Of a DNA stretch of 64,000 bases, positions 27,301 to 40,100 are shown piece by piece (positions within the stretch are counted from its first letter, which is position 1; every line of letters begins with the position of its first letter). The DNA is from Balanoglossus misakiensis (Eukaryota; Animalia; Hemichordata): assembly GCA_040954595.2 (NCBI GenBank), contig CM082598.2:682001-746000 (forward strand), given 5' to 3'. Position numbers and translations under genes: made by a program. Under the pieces are notes generated by a model. It was not told where the DNA came from. It did not search any database and saw nothing but the letters and a program-made list of their open reading frames with translations.

Positions 27301-29356
27301 TAGAAGAGTGATGTCCAGGAAAGCTACTCTGTCATTAAGTGGATCCCAAGGGATTAAGTACCGATGCCAAATCTTGTTACGCTGTTCAATAACAATCCGC
27401 GTGACTTAAAACAGACCACACGTAAACACTTAGTGAGTAACACAACCAGTGTCCACCTTGTACTTAATGAAGAGGAAATGCCTTTTGAAGTTCTTTGAGG
27501 GTCGAAGAATTGAGAATGTTTGCAGTACGTGTTATGGTTTGAGAATGAAGTCAGCTCTTTTGTTGGTGTCACCAAAGAGGCGAAGGTTTTGCAGTAAGAC
27601 CTCCAAGCAGAAGAAATAATGTCACGTTTTCCTGACGTGCGGTTCAACTTTCAAGTGATACTTCCAAAGTAAAAATAAGATCGAACGTGCTTGTGTGATA
27701 CAATTTAAGAAACTTAATTTACAACGCCCATCTCTAGTGATCTGCAATTTGGCGTCTTACGACGTTCGTGTCATAAATATTTTGGTAGCTGCCATTCAAA
27801 AAAATTAATTGCTTCGTTGGCGGTGCAGTTGTTTAGTAAATGGTCTTTCAACGATGTTTTTTTATATGTTTGATAGATTAGCTGTTTTGCGCTTTTGGCG
27901 ACGTCTGTTCGTTTGTGTATGACGCATAACGATTTCTAGCAAAGAGTTGTCTTGTTTTGCCCCCGATCCGTTCGTGATTAAATCTAGTCTAGTACATATA
28001 GATCTAGGTTTCGGGGGAAATCAACGTCTAGAGCGAATCACCAATCGATCGTGGCAGACTCGTGGGAACAGCCGGTGCCAGACCAAACTCATCACTGTCC
28101 TTCTGCCAAGTCTGCCACGACTTGTTGACAAAGTCTGCGCGAACTAATTTTTCTGAATTCTGTGGCGGAGAGAACTAGCCTGTTTGCCAAAATTTACAGC
28201 CAATGCGAAAATGAGAATGTGGAAAGGTCGACAGGTTGCAATCAATCCCCTATGAAACGTCCCGGCCGTAAACTCGTAAGAAATCATCAAGGCACTTTCA
28301 TTGTGGTCTCACGGACAATCACCGCTATACCAGCAGTGACCAGCAGTGAAAATCATGAAACTCCGTCAACCAGCGATACAGTGGCCAAAATCCCTGAGTT
28401 GTCATAAATAACGATATATATATTTTTTCAACTTGGGTGAATGCAAAATATATATGTTTGTAATTTGCGCGTCTCGCTCGTAATAACTCATCACCGAAGA
28501 AAGAGTTTGAGGTACGGATGTAAACTAAAAGCGCGATAAATTTATGCAACTTGACAAGACGTTGCCACGTCCTGTCCGGTGCTGGACATACTAGATAAGT
28601 TATGAATTGATTGGGGGCATTTTAGATAAACATATCAACGAAGAATGCCGCCTTGTATATGGGCGACATATTGTTGAAAGTTTGTAGACTTGGCATTACG
28701 TTCAGGGACTGACCAGTTTCTCCAAACCCAATGCCGTTTCAGAAATTGGCCAAAGAACTTCAACTGGCCAATGAGGCTAAAATTGTAAATAGTTAAACAT
28801 GCCTAATGATAAGTTCATTACTGTGGATAGTAGTATGATAAAGGTTGTGATATGTATAATTTATACAATTGCTGGCTGCTATGATGTGAAATTTTCATCC
28901 ATGAAAATTAGGAGACACTACTTGGTCGGGTAAAAGTTGTTGGCCAAAATGACGCACCACGTCACATGCGATTGAGATCACATCGACCAATCACATAGCA
29001 CAGGGAATTGACGAGGTGTAGTTCAAAATAAATCTTTGGACGGATAAATTTGTACTTGGTCGCGAACATATTACACCATAATGTGCCTAAATCAAGGTCA
29101 ATCTTATGAGGTCAGTTACTGTATCATATCGTTCAGCAAAACATCTGTGAGACAAAGGATGTACTCGTCAATAAGCACACGAGAAGAAAGGATTCCCTCC
29201 TCATTGAAAACTACACAATTACTTACCACCGTGATTTCGCATCCCACCACCGCGGTTCTTATTGCCTTTGTTCATTTTCATTTTCTTTTTCTTGCCAGCG
29301 TCGACAAAAGTGGCAAGTACGACAAGAAAAACGAAAAGAAGTAAAGCCAGCCTCAT
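24387..29356 (-). CDS. PTN: Pleiotrophin/midkine-family secreted heparin-binding protein with extra modules, 295 aa. Exons 29356-29227, 26717-26541, 25769-25620, 25266-25123, 24822-24667, 24517-24387.
   Basis: Signal peptide MRLALLLFVFLVVLATFVDA, then Lys-rich tail. N-module DCAGWVWGDCEPTEGECGVGTKKATRDGADCKVISKTKRCRIPC follows the PTN six-Cys pattern. Four 4-Cys modules follow (CKY..., CRY..., CKY..., CFF...). All introns are phase 1 GT-AG. Confidence 0.88.
24860..25030. mobile_element. MITE with about 40-bp terminal inverted repeats, in a PTN-like intron
   Basis: Left TGAATCAACGTTCGACCACACACAACTTCCATCCC versus right GGGATGGAAGTTGTGTGTGGTGGAGCATTGATTCA; TA-rich ends. Confidence 0.75.
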
Positions 29357-32300
29357 CTTGGCGTCTCTGCAAATCGAGACAGAAAAAAAAATCTCTGTCA
29401 AAGTCTTCTTGATTCGGAGACACCGGTTGGTGAGGACAGCGAACGGAGCTAATACACCCAAAAGGCAAAACCCCGGGGGGCAGTTTGATATCGGTAAGTG
29501 AGCCTGTATAAGCTTGGCTTGTTTGCGATTACTGGGCCGTATTAGCGCGTACAATAGACGTTATAACTGAACGATAACTCCCCATTTTCTCCTTCTAACA
29601 AAACTGTACAGTATCAGCCAATGAGAGAAAAGCTACGCGTAAAATTCAAGCGCCGTCAAAACATGTAAACTCTGCCGGACAACCCCGCCTAACAAAGCAA
29701 AAAATGTTCCCCACGAAAGTGATAAATATTTTGCATGTTTACTATTGTTGTAGAGCAATACTGGAACTGGCCAGATACCACGGCGTAAGAAATGCCCCGG
29801 CTATTACAAATCAGTTAGCACAAGTAATTTGTTCGCCTTGAAGATAAAAATGAACGCAACTTCTCAATTCAAGCGACCAACCCTCTATGGAATAAAGACA
29901 TACCCCACAACGCGTTCACTCGGCGCAAAAAAGACCAGACAGGGAAAATGTTCAAATGTTAAAACGGACTAGTAGAGTCTATCTTTACGTGATCAGATTT
30001 CGATCAGGTCTTATCAGTCAGAAAGGTTTAACTAGTAATCAATTAAGAGTTGACGTAGGTGTTGTGTAGGCGTTCAAAACCATGGTTACTCAAAACCATG
30101 GTGATATCGCCCTTGGCCTTTTTTGAAGTTCTATATTATGTGAATCACACATAATATAGAACTTGTTCATTTAGGCATCGTTTGACAGGATACGGGTGTG
30201 TACAAGTTATTTTTTCTCCGTTTAGATCACAAATGGTGTACTGCCTCTACAAGCCAAGTCCAGATCTGTATGCTATGTAAATGCGAAACTGTTCATACAA
30301 GTAAATCGTACGATGGCATCCAGATAAAACCAGTTTGTTGCACTAATCTTCCACCAAGTGACGTATCACTGGGTCAGCTCCTACGAGTATACGCAACTAA
30401 ACTATACTCATATTGCCCCCACCACCACCACAGTGCTCGAACGCTTTGCTGTTTAACTTACACAATTGAGAATAGAGAAACTTCTAAAGACTTCAGACAT
30501 GCGAAAACCAGGGATTGAAAAGAGCGGCTTTACAAGAAAGATAAACTTACATCAAATCAAATCACACGAGATAGTTTGATATAGATCTAATCCGGTGCAA
30601 AAAATTAATATAGATTATCGACCAAACTCCCCGTTGAAGCCTCACGGTAATACTATGTATTCTTGTAGGTTGATGGTCATTTTGATAAGTTAATTACTTA
30701 ATACTTTGAACAAATACACACGTTTGATGATGGTCCAATAGAGTTGCTTAATAATATCTTCACCACTACAGTTTCATTAATTCCTAGTATATCATTAGCT
30801 ATGACTTAAACACCATAGTCCCAAGGTCACTAATGACCAATCGTAAAAACACGCGTGCAGTGATTACCGTATAGTTTCAAACAATATTTTGCACTTTGTA
30901 AGATTTCAGACTGTAACAAGGAGGAAGTATTGAAACCGTCACGAAGGCGTTAATAATGAGTGTGTCTAAAGCGCGTCGTGTACTAACTATGTCAGTCTTC
31001 GCCCTACCTTATATAGGTGTTTCCTGTGAAAAGACGCAGACAGTTAAACTATATCACTAATGATATTACGTGCCTCTAGTTCGCTGTCCACCACAGTAAT
31101 CACCGTCCGTCGAGTACGGTACGCAAACTAAATTTAAACCAAAGCTAGCTGCTTATAATGTGTCTGTATGTCTCGCATACGGGGACTTTACCCTCTACGT
31201 CATATTCACTTGGTCCACAGAGAAAATAACATTCCTGACCGATTGACCAATGTCAATATGTCAAAACGATTAACCTGCAGAGGGCGCAGGATATTGGCTG
31301 GGGTTTCCCGCTGTGTAGCACGCACCTGGTTAACATGGAAACGAAATCAGCCAATCAGCTGTCACCAGGGGTACCTGTATAGTACTCTTGTCCATGTATC
31401 AGTTATTAAAACCAAAGCGTTTGAAGATATAAGTTGATAAAAGTTGTTGAGGTTATCCACGGCCATTGACATTTGACAGAGGTCATCACATTTAAGGGAC
31501 AGCTATCACAATTGGGAAACTATATAAATGAATGTAACAACAAAAGTAATAGAAAGAATGATAATACTATAATAATCCTTTGTTTGGAATATAGCCAATC
31601 ACAAATTTTAGTTGGTTGGCACACGTGGTCGTTTGAATACGTAGACACGTCCCTTTGACCATATATTGTCTCAAATATGAACTGTTTTATTATCAGTTAT
31701 CCACAAGGGTGCGCCTTGTCTGCCGTGTAATGTAATCTCCTAGCAACGACCACAGGACGTAGGCCTAATCCTGCTTCCAGACGCCATAATTAAACACATA
31801 TACCTTGCATTAACACTTCAAATGATACAGGATATTAGTTTCTTTCAGTTAGGGTTGGGCTTATTGTTTACAAGAAAAGATTGAAATGCCTACAAACCTA
31901 AAACATGTAGAATGCCATGCGCGTCGCGTCAGCTAAAAATCGTCCGACGCGTCCGCGCGATAGTATAGCGCGCGCGCGTTCATGATCACCCATAATACTT
32001 TGCTGCTGACCCAGAGTTCAGCCCGGAAATATGTCGTCTGCTACAAAAAAACCAAGAGCCTTGTTGTCCCTGAAGAAGCGCGTGTATTTGGTGATCGACA
32101 TCGGCGACAATATTTCGTAAAGAGGTATATTTCTGCTATTTTAGTGCAAACTCTCAAGTAAAACTGCCAAAATTATCGGCAGAAATAAGCTTGAAATGTT
32201 ACTAAGCTTGAAATGTTACTGTCTTCCATTCTCAGACTTGTCACAAATTTCAACCCGCAGAGTTTCAAGCCAGGCCCTGTTTGGAAACGGCTCACTTCAA

Positions 32301-32403
32301 CTTTTGAACAACCCGTGGAATGTTCGATGATGGATATTCATGAACTCTGGAAGGTAGGGAAGTTTTAAGCTACCTTTTTTCAGTTTTTGGGTATAAGATG
32401 TTA

Positions 32404-32582
32404 TAGTGATTCTGCAAGGTTGTCCTCATTCGGGTCATCGCCAGGTCAACATGGCTGCCCCATGCATCAGTCCTTGAGGCGGAAATCGAGGGAGTCTACG
32501 ATGGACCAAGCCACGAGGACTGATGGGGCAGCTATGTTGTCATGGTGATGACCTGAATGAGGGCAACTTTGTAGAAACACTA
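32404..32582 (+). other. Long imperfect hairpin (about 75-bp arms, 29-nt loop)
   Basis: 32404-32480 is complementary to 32510-32582, with 7 G-U pairs, 4 mismatches and one 4-nt bulge. Confidence 0.85.
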
Positions 32583-34194
32583 AGCGCCCTCAAGTGGTGA
32601 ATCTGGTATCTTATCTTTATACTAAGTATAATTAGCAGAAATTAAGTACAAATAATATACATGTACAAATATGTGTACGTGTATGTAGGTTTCTATTAGA
32701 CTCCTGAACTTCATCCGTGAGGATTAAAACTCGTGCTTTCTTTCAAGAATGATGTTGGAAAGGCTTTAAGACTGGCCTGACATCGAGTGATGTCTTTGGT
32801 TTAACATTTCACCATGAGTAAAACTGGCAACCACGGCAACCAGGTCAAAAAGACACCACTCTTCCAAGAAGTTTGTGACAAAAATTTATTTTAATATTTG
32901 AAAGTTACTAGTTGACCTTATTGCAGTTAAAGCCTTGTTTTCTGAAGACAGAAAACTTTGACAAGAGGATTGTAACTAATGACATCAACATTTCTACTTT
33001 CTATCAATATTTAATATGTAAATAAACTGTTTGACATCAAAGTCAACTGATAAAATCATCAATTCTTGAGAAAGACTGAGTGAGACATGGCAATCCATAC
33101 ATTGGACATCTCTAAGACAATGTCAACCCATGAGGGCGCTATATCTAACCCCCATATTTAGGATCGCTACGACAACATTGACCCACTGACTGTGAGGGCA
33201 TAGATTTGATCCCATCCAATGAAGTGGGAATTAAAATCACTTTATGTCACTAAATGGAATCAAAATCATTCATTATATAGGAAGCATAAATTAAGTAAAA
33301 ATCAGTACAAATATCTAGTTTTGGGAGGCAGTAAGAGATAATTTAATTTTGGAAGTCAGAACCTGGTGAACCATTTCTCGGGTTCTAAACAAGTCATTAA
33401 AATGCAACAAACATTTTTTTAGCTAGTGCATGGCTATATAAAGATAATTTCTATAAAAGTATTGCTGAGTATACATAGAAGGAACCGATGATTATATGAT
33501 ATTTATTATGAACAAACAGCAACTAAAAGAATTTGTAAATGTTTCTAGTTTCCAGACATGTAATGCTTCATACTTTCTTGTCTTTCTTATAATGATGTTG
33601 TCTGTTTGTAAAACACTCTCCATAAATTTCATTATAATCGCGGAATGCACCATGACAGACTTGAGACAAGCGAGAATGGCATCAAAACTGAGATATGAAG
33701 GAAATTATGTCCACACATGTGACAGCAAAGGTAGTGAAGTCAATGATAAACAAGCGGTCATCAAGGTTCAAAGTGCCTTTCCTTGCAAAGTAAAAACCAA
33801 ATCTTGCTACACACAGAATTAATTGTACGAATACTGAAACTGTATTTGTGAAGTATTTATATCAAACTGTAATTATTATAATACATTTACATATAAACAT
33901 TTGGTAAAAATTACCATATTCTCAATAGAGTGCTGATATCTACTAAGTGCAAAGAGTTATTAAATATGATGCACCATGATATTGTAAATTCATTTAATTA
34001 TTGTATCAAATGTTTTGGTCTTTCAAACATTATTCCAGTCTCTGTATCTAGTGTAAATCTATGTAGTAATTTACAAATTCTGAATAGATATGAACTTTTC
34101 AAAAATGTTGGAAAATTCATGGGATCGGAACTACAAGGCAAATGACAACTATTACTATGGCAACCCAGACTATGCTAAGTGATGTGTTTGGCTG

Positions 34195-37100
34195 TCAGTG
34201 CTTTGTTCCCTCTAATAATGATTCTAGCGTAAACATCTGAAACACAATTTTTTCGTACGGAAAATCTGTCGTCCCACATTCATAAAGGCATGCAAATCGC
34301 TGAACGAGACTGCCATTCTCAGCCTCTGTTTCGAAGTACGTCAGATCCGAGTACGCACTTGGTCCAGGACATAACGGCCATGGTGAACTCCAAGATTTGC
34401 AGTTATCCATACTCAGTCGTACTGAGAGATTTATCCTGGTTTCTTTATCTGCTGGGTTGGAGAAAATCGCCCATGTTTTGGGATGACCATTCGGAACACC
34501 ATCAGGAGCAGGAAAGCCAAGAATACTTCCCTGAAATAAAAAAAAAATAAATTCTTGACTGACCATATTCAGATAATAGCATGACATCGATTCCCACCAA
34601 GACTGTGATAGTCACATCATCTCAAAATGATCTGTTTGCTTCAGCTTTGGAGACAGACAATTTTGGGAGACCCACATTGCCTTGGGTAAATAGCTGTATG
34701 CTGTTGCCCTCATGCATGGCCAGTCAATATGTACTGGTATATACTGTTACATCAACCAAGTCAAATGTTGGACAGTGCACAACAAAAGTTATGAACCATG
34801 ATGAGTCCTTGGCAGTCTAAAAATTGTCACGATTTGAGGGAAATTAACCTAGTCTAGTATCTAGAAATGTGTTGTCCGCTTTTCTTCCAAAACTACGTTC
34901 GCGTTGGACAGTGCAAAGCAGACAACACACAGCTAGATACCAGACAACAACCTACCTGGCAACCACCAAAATTCTTCGTACTTGGCATCCATCCTCCTGT
35001 GTATCCCGGTTCCACCAACTCCTCAACTATCTTGGCTTGGGCAAATGATATACCTCCATCTTTGCTGTATGCTTGTACGCGAGGCGCATCGGGACCCAAT
35101 GATCTGCTGTTAATGCAGATGAAACCATTTTCCAATTCAACTGCCTGTGAATTAAAAAAATGCCATTTCAAGATGCTGAAACTACTGTCATATTGCAATA
35201 TGGTCTCCATTGTTTGTCAGCATCTTGTGTGGATTTCACAAGAACTGTCACCATGGTGATATAGTCAAACAGGAACAGTTACTATGAAAGATGCCCTCCA
35301 ATGCCAAAACATAGTAAAGGATAGAGCACAACAACAAAAATAAAATATAGCTGTGAACAGCAATAAGCGGGTTTCGAGACACTACTAGCCCTATTGGTTC
35401 GCCTGGAGATAGATTTGTGCATATTTAATTACTGCATTAGTTGTTCTATCACTCCAAATGCCAAGGGTGTATGTGCTGTGGATGCTGAGATGTGGAAAAG
35501 TAGGTCAAAGGTCACGTGAGGTCACGCTTAATATGAGTAGAAAATGTTTACGCTATACTGGTCCATGTCAAACAAAAACCAGACCTGTAGCCCTACTGGT
35601 TTGCCTGGAATTAGGTATGCACATAATTAATGAGTTAGGCAGGTGTCACAGGTGACTCTCAAATTTGGCTTCTTATTTTGGTCCCGTCCACCCAAACACC
35701 TAAGCTGTACCTGCTCTGGATGCTGAGGTATGCGAAAGTAGGTCAAAGGTCACCCAAGGTCACCCAAAATTTGGGGAAAAAATTTGACCCCATACTGGTC
35801 CATGTCCGACAAAAACCAGACCTGTAGCCCTATTGGTTTGCCTGGAATTAGGTATGCACATAGTTAATGAGTTGAGCAGGTGTCACAGGTGAGCCTTAAA
35901 TTTGGCTTCTTATTTTGGTCCCATCCACCCAAACACCTGAGCTGTACCTGCTCTGGATGCTGAGATACGCGAAAGTAGGTCAAAGGTCACCCAAGGTCAC
36001 CCAAAATTCGGGGAAAAAATTTGACCCCAAACTGGTCCATGTCCGACAAAAACCAGACCTGTAGCCCTATTGGTTTGCCTGGAATTAGGTATGCACATAA
36101 TTAATGAGTTGAGCAGGTGTCACAGGTGAGCCTTAAATTTGGCTTCTTATTTTGGTCCCATCCACCCAAACACCTGAGCTGTACCTGCTCTGGATGCTGA
36201 GATATGCGAAAGTAGGTCAAAGGTCACCCAAGGTCACCCAAAATTTGGGAAAAAAATTTGACCCCATACTGGTCCATGTCCGACAAAAACCAGACCTGTA
36301 GCCCTATTGGTTTGCCTGGAATTAGGTATGCACATAATTAATGAGTTGAGCAGGTGTCACAGGTGAGCCTTAAGTTTGGCTTCTTATTTTGGTCCTATGC
36401 TGCAGACTATTGCACCGACCAGAATTCTACAAAACTATGTGGCCATAGCTTAAGTATAGTGGAATAAGTATAGGTATAGATTTCATAAAAAAATTAATAT
36501 AAAAAAATCGGTCGATTTTCCATATTATTTTTTCCAGTTGGAACTGATTGTCGGAAGGTAGGCTAGCTGCACACAAAATTTGAAGCTGATCAGCCCAGCG
36601 GATGTTGAGATATTGGGCATAAATCTAAAATCCTAGGGGGGCCATTGCTTAACCATGGAAAGTATAGGCCAATGGCTGGGTCCAATGGTCATGGAAAATA
36701 TGAAAAATAATGCTTTAAAAATCATCTCCTCAAAATCGGCAAGGACTTAGACATTGAAATTTGGCATATAGGACCCTGGCCATATGGTCCACAAAGTTTC
36801 TGAACAGAATTTGGATTCTTCATTTTTTATGCAAATTAGACCAATTTAAAAGTTTAAATCCGAGATGGCTGCCAGGTCATGTGACCTGTTGCCATAGTGA
36901 CATGATCAAAAAATTACTTGCTTTGAGTTTTACCTATGAGCCAAATTTCAAGTCATTGGGTGCAACGGTCTTCGAATAGCGGCTGTTTTTAAAAGTGGGA
37001 AGAAGAATAATAATAATAATAATAATAATAAAAAACAACACGATTTCAAGAGGGTTTCGAGACCCCTCTGGTCTCGAAACCCTAACAAGGGATAGATAAA

Positions 37101-40100
37101 CATCAACACAAAAATACTGAACAGATTAGCAGAGGCCATGCATTATAATGCACAAATTATGTGAAATCCATGCTTGCATCATGCAATTATTAACAACATA
37201 GCAACATACATGACGTGTAATGACACCCTGGTCCTAATCGCAGTTTCTCCTCTGACTTTAATTGTTTGAACCTTCCCGATAATGCACAAACCACAGGCCA
37301 ACAACACCTTTTCCACACACAGTGGACATTATTTGTGAATTTATTTAAACTTTAAAGTTTTTACTATCAACAGGTGCATGTAAATTGAGCTGGACAAACT
37401 CACCCTGATGTACATGGATACAAGATGGATGAAATGTGATGTGCGTGAACACAGCTGGCATGATGGCTAACAAGTTTCCATGGCAATAGGTAAGTCATAT
37501 TTTCAACATTTCTTAATATCTCTCCATGCATGGATGAATGAATGAATGAATGAATGAATGAATGGATGAATGGATGGAAGCTGATTTAAGATACAGACTC
37601 ATCAACCTCAGAAGATTTTGAACGTAATGCTTTAACGTACACAGCTTCACCAATCACAAACACTGTTACAAAATAACCAAGCACTTGCAATACAGTTTCA
37701 CTTTCACAGAATTCCTACCTGACTTTCATTACAATAAACCACCCTTCTTCCTCTGTCCTCTGCATTGCAAATAGCGCCCCCAACCTGCCAAGACCTACCC
37801 CCGTCATCACTATAGATTATATTCGAATAATTTGTGCAGCCATGCAGAAAGTGGAAATGTGTCCAAAACCAGGCTTTAATTTCTCCCAGGATTCCTACGG
37901 ATTTATAAAATAACCAACGACATGCATTCAATATAAACATGCATTTTGAGTTCCTATTCTGAATGTCAGTGTTCCTTCTAAGACAATGATCTCAGGTATA
38001 ATGGGACTGGAAGACGCAAAAGCTACTTTCAACATTTGTACACTCAGAACCAGTCAAAATATCCAGGGATTTCCTTAAGTTCTTCCAGTGCTTTTCCAAG
38101 AGCTTTCAAGGGCACAAATACCATTTCCCAGAATTCATCATGTGGAGTTTACACTTGCGTAAATTATCATTTTTTAAGGACTTTCAAAGACCAGTATCAA
38201 TTACATTAACCTTTGATGGGGACGTGATAACAAGACCTCTCACAATAATCTTTACAATTGTTTTCAGGTTTCAAAGTGCAGTGAATTTGCAAGCAACACC
38301 TGGTCGTTATTCATCTAGTACTCCTTAAGGTAAGATCTTCATTGACGTACTTAATTTTTGTTAGCTCGAAGTTTATACAGGGAATTAAGAAGCTTAGAAA
38401 TTTAATACTAAGTGCAGTTTACCTCACTCTTAAGTGTTTGAACAAAAATTACTTGTAGGCTTTCAATCGGCCAATGTTTCCCATTTTAATAATACTGTTC
38501 AAAGTGGTTTCTCATGGCTATTAATTGTATAAAGTAATTATGACATTATAACCATGTTTGACAGCTGACACACTGTGTACACGATTCTGTAGGCCATACA
38601 TGTAAATTTAAACACTAAAACAGTAATAATCTACCAGAATAACAATAATGATGTCTTAGAAGGAACACAACATTTGAAGTGAATATTAACTCAAAGATAA
38701 GATGTGTGCTTTTAATCTCCAGATGGTAGTTTAATACCATCAAATAAAAACTGTGCTGTAAAAGAAAAAAAATGTAAAATCATCAATAAGTACTAAGATA
38801 TGATGATCACTGGGTACTGAGCTGTTGGTAATGCTGAAATAAGATCTGACTGTAGTGTTTTATCTAGGCTGTAGGATTGTGAAGTTTTCTGAATTTAAGA
38901 CTTGTTGGATGTAACTGATGTAGTTGATAATTATTTAAAAATATCATCACAGACCCTGTTCTGGAGACCTCTGTCTTGTGCACAAGTGTCGGACCCCACC
39001 ATAAAAGTCTGACATTTTAATGTGTTTCCGTGTGAAAGCCTAACAGCTCAACTTCTTATTTTACAAGAAAAGAAAATAATTTTAACCTAAAACAACACTG
39101 ACTTGATTACCATGAGATGAGACCGCAACAAACATTGTTGCTGAGTCCAAAATAACATTTTATCAAATTATTCACGAAATAAGGTGTCATATCTAAGAAA
39201 GCCCTTTGTAAACTACTTCAAGCAATTCAGAATAATCTTGTTCAAGCTCGCAGAGTTCTTAGAAAGTTTAACTGCTGATAAATGAACGGCCATATGGGTA
39301 AAACCTATAATGATAACAACAAACAGCCTATCACATGTAGATTAAGTCTTTTGGTGCGAGAGAACAACATAAAACAATTAACAGTCACAAAATGATTGAG
39401 TACTGGGGTTGTAGTTGGCACAAAAATTATGTCACAGACCATTACACAGGGATATTGGCAAGCCTTGAAAGCAATAATTCAGGAGTGGAATTGACAAGGG
39501 GAAAAAATAGATTGGGGAAGGGATATGGTGAGATGGCGAAAATTGGCCACTATCACTCCTGGGTATGGGAGAAAGCATGAGAAGTAAAGTGCCTTGGTCA
39601 CGGTCAAACATCGCGGCCATGTCCTGGGTCTCGAACCCACAATCCTCTGATAAAGTGAGCTGAATATCCTCGTCAGTCGACCTCAATGTCTCCCAACTTA
39701 TTATGACATAGTGAATGAATGCCGAAAGTCTATATGTTCAGAGCGTATGACTGTAGAAGCCCTAGAACTGGACCAACACTTGTGTCAATGCATAACGTAC
39801 ATGCTGTGAGGTCCAAACAGTGTATCACAGTGCAGATGGTATAACAGTCACCTGGCCATAGGGTTACATGCAAGCATGCATGAATGTATTAATATTATCA
39901 GCTAAACTTTAGAGTATACACACACCTATTCAGAACCAATAAATTAGGGGTTTCCTGGCAGTGAATGGTATGTATACAAGACATGCCAAGATATGTTGTA
40001 CTATGTTAGCATCATAAGGTTTTGCTGGTTTAACAGTCACATACCCATAGGGATGCAATGCATTAGATAAAGGATCAAACAGGGAGTGCCACTTAAGTTA

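Noticed and set aside
32745-32820. Possible C/D snoRNA (ATGATGT..CTGA..GTGATGT..ATGA)
   Set aside because: C and D boxes are non-canonical and no rRNA or snRNA complementarity could be identified.
37719-37894. Exon 6b as a relic of a third sialidase gene or a pseudo-exon
   Set aside because: No other duplicated exons nearby, and frame, splice sites and key residues are intact despite strong divergence, which favours a functional alternative exon.
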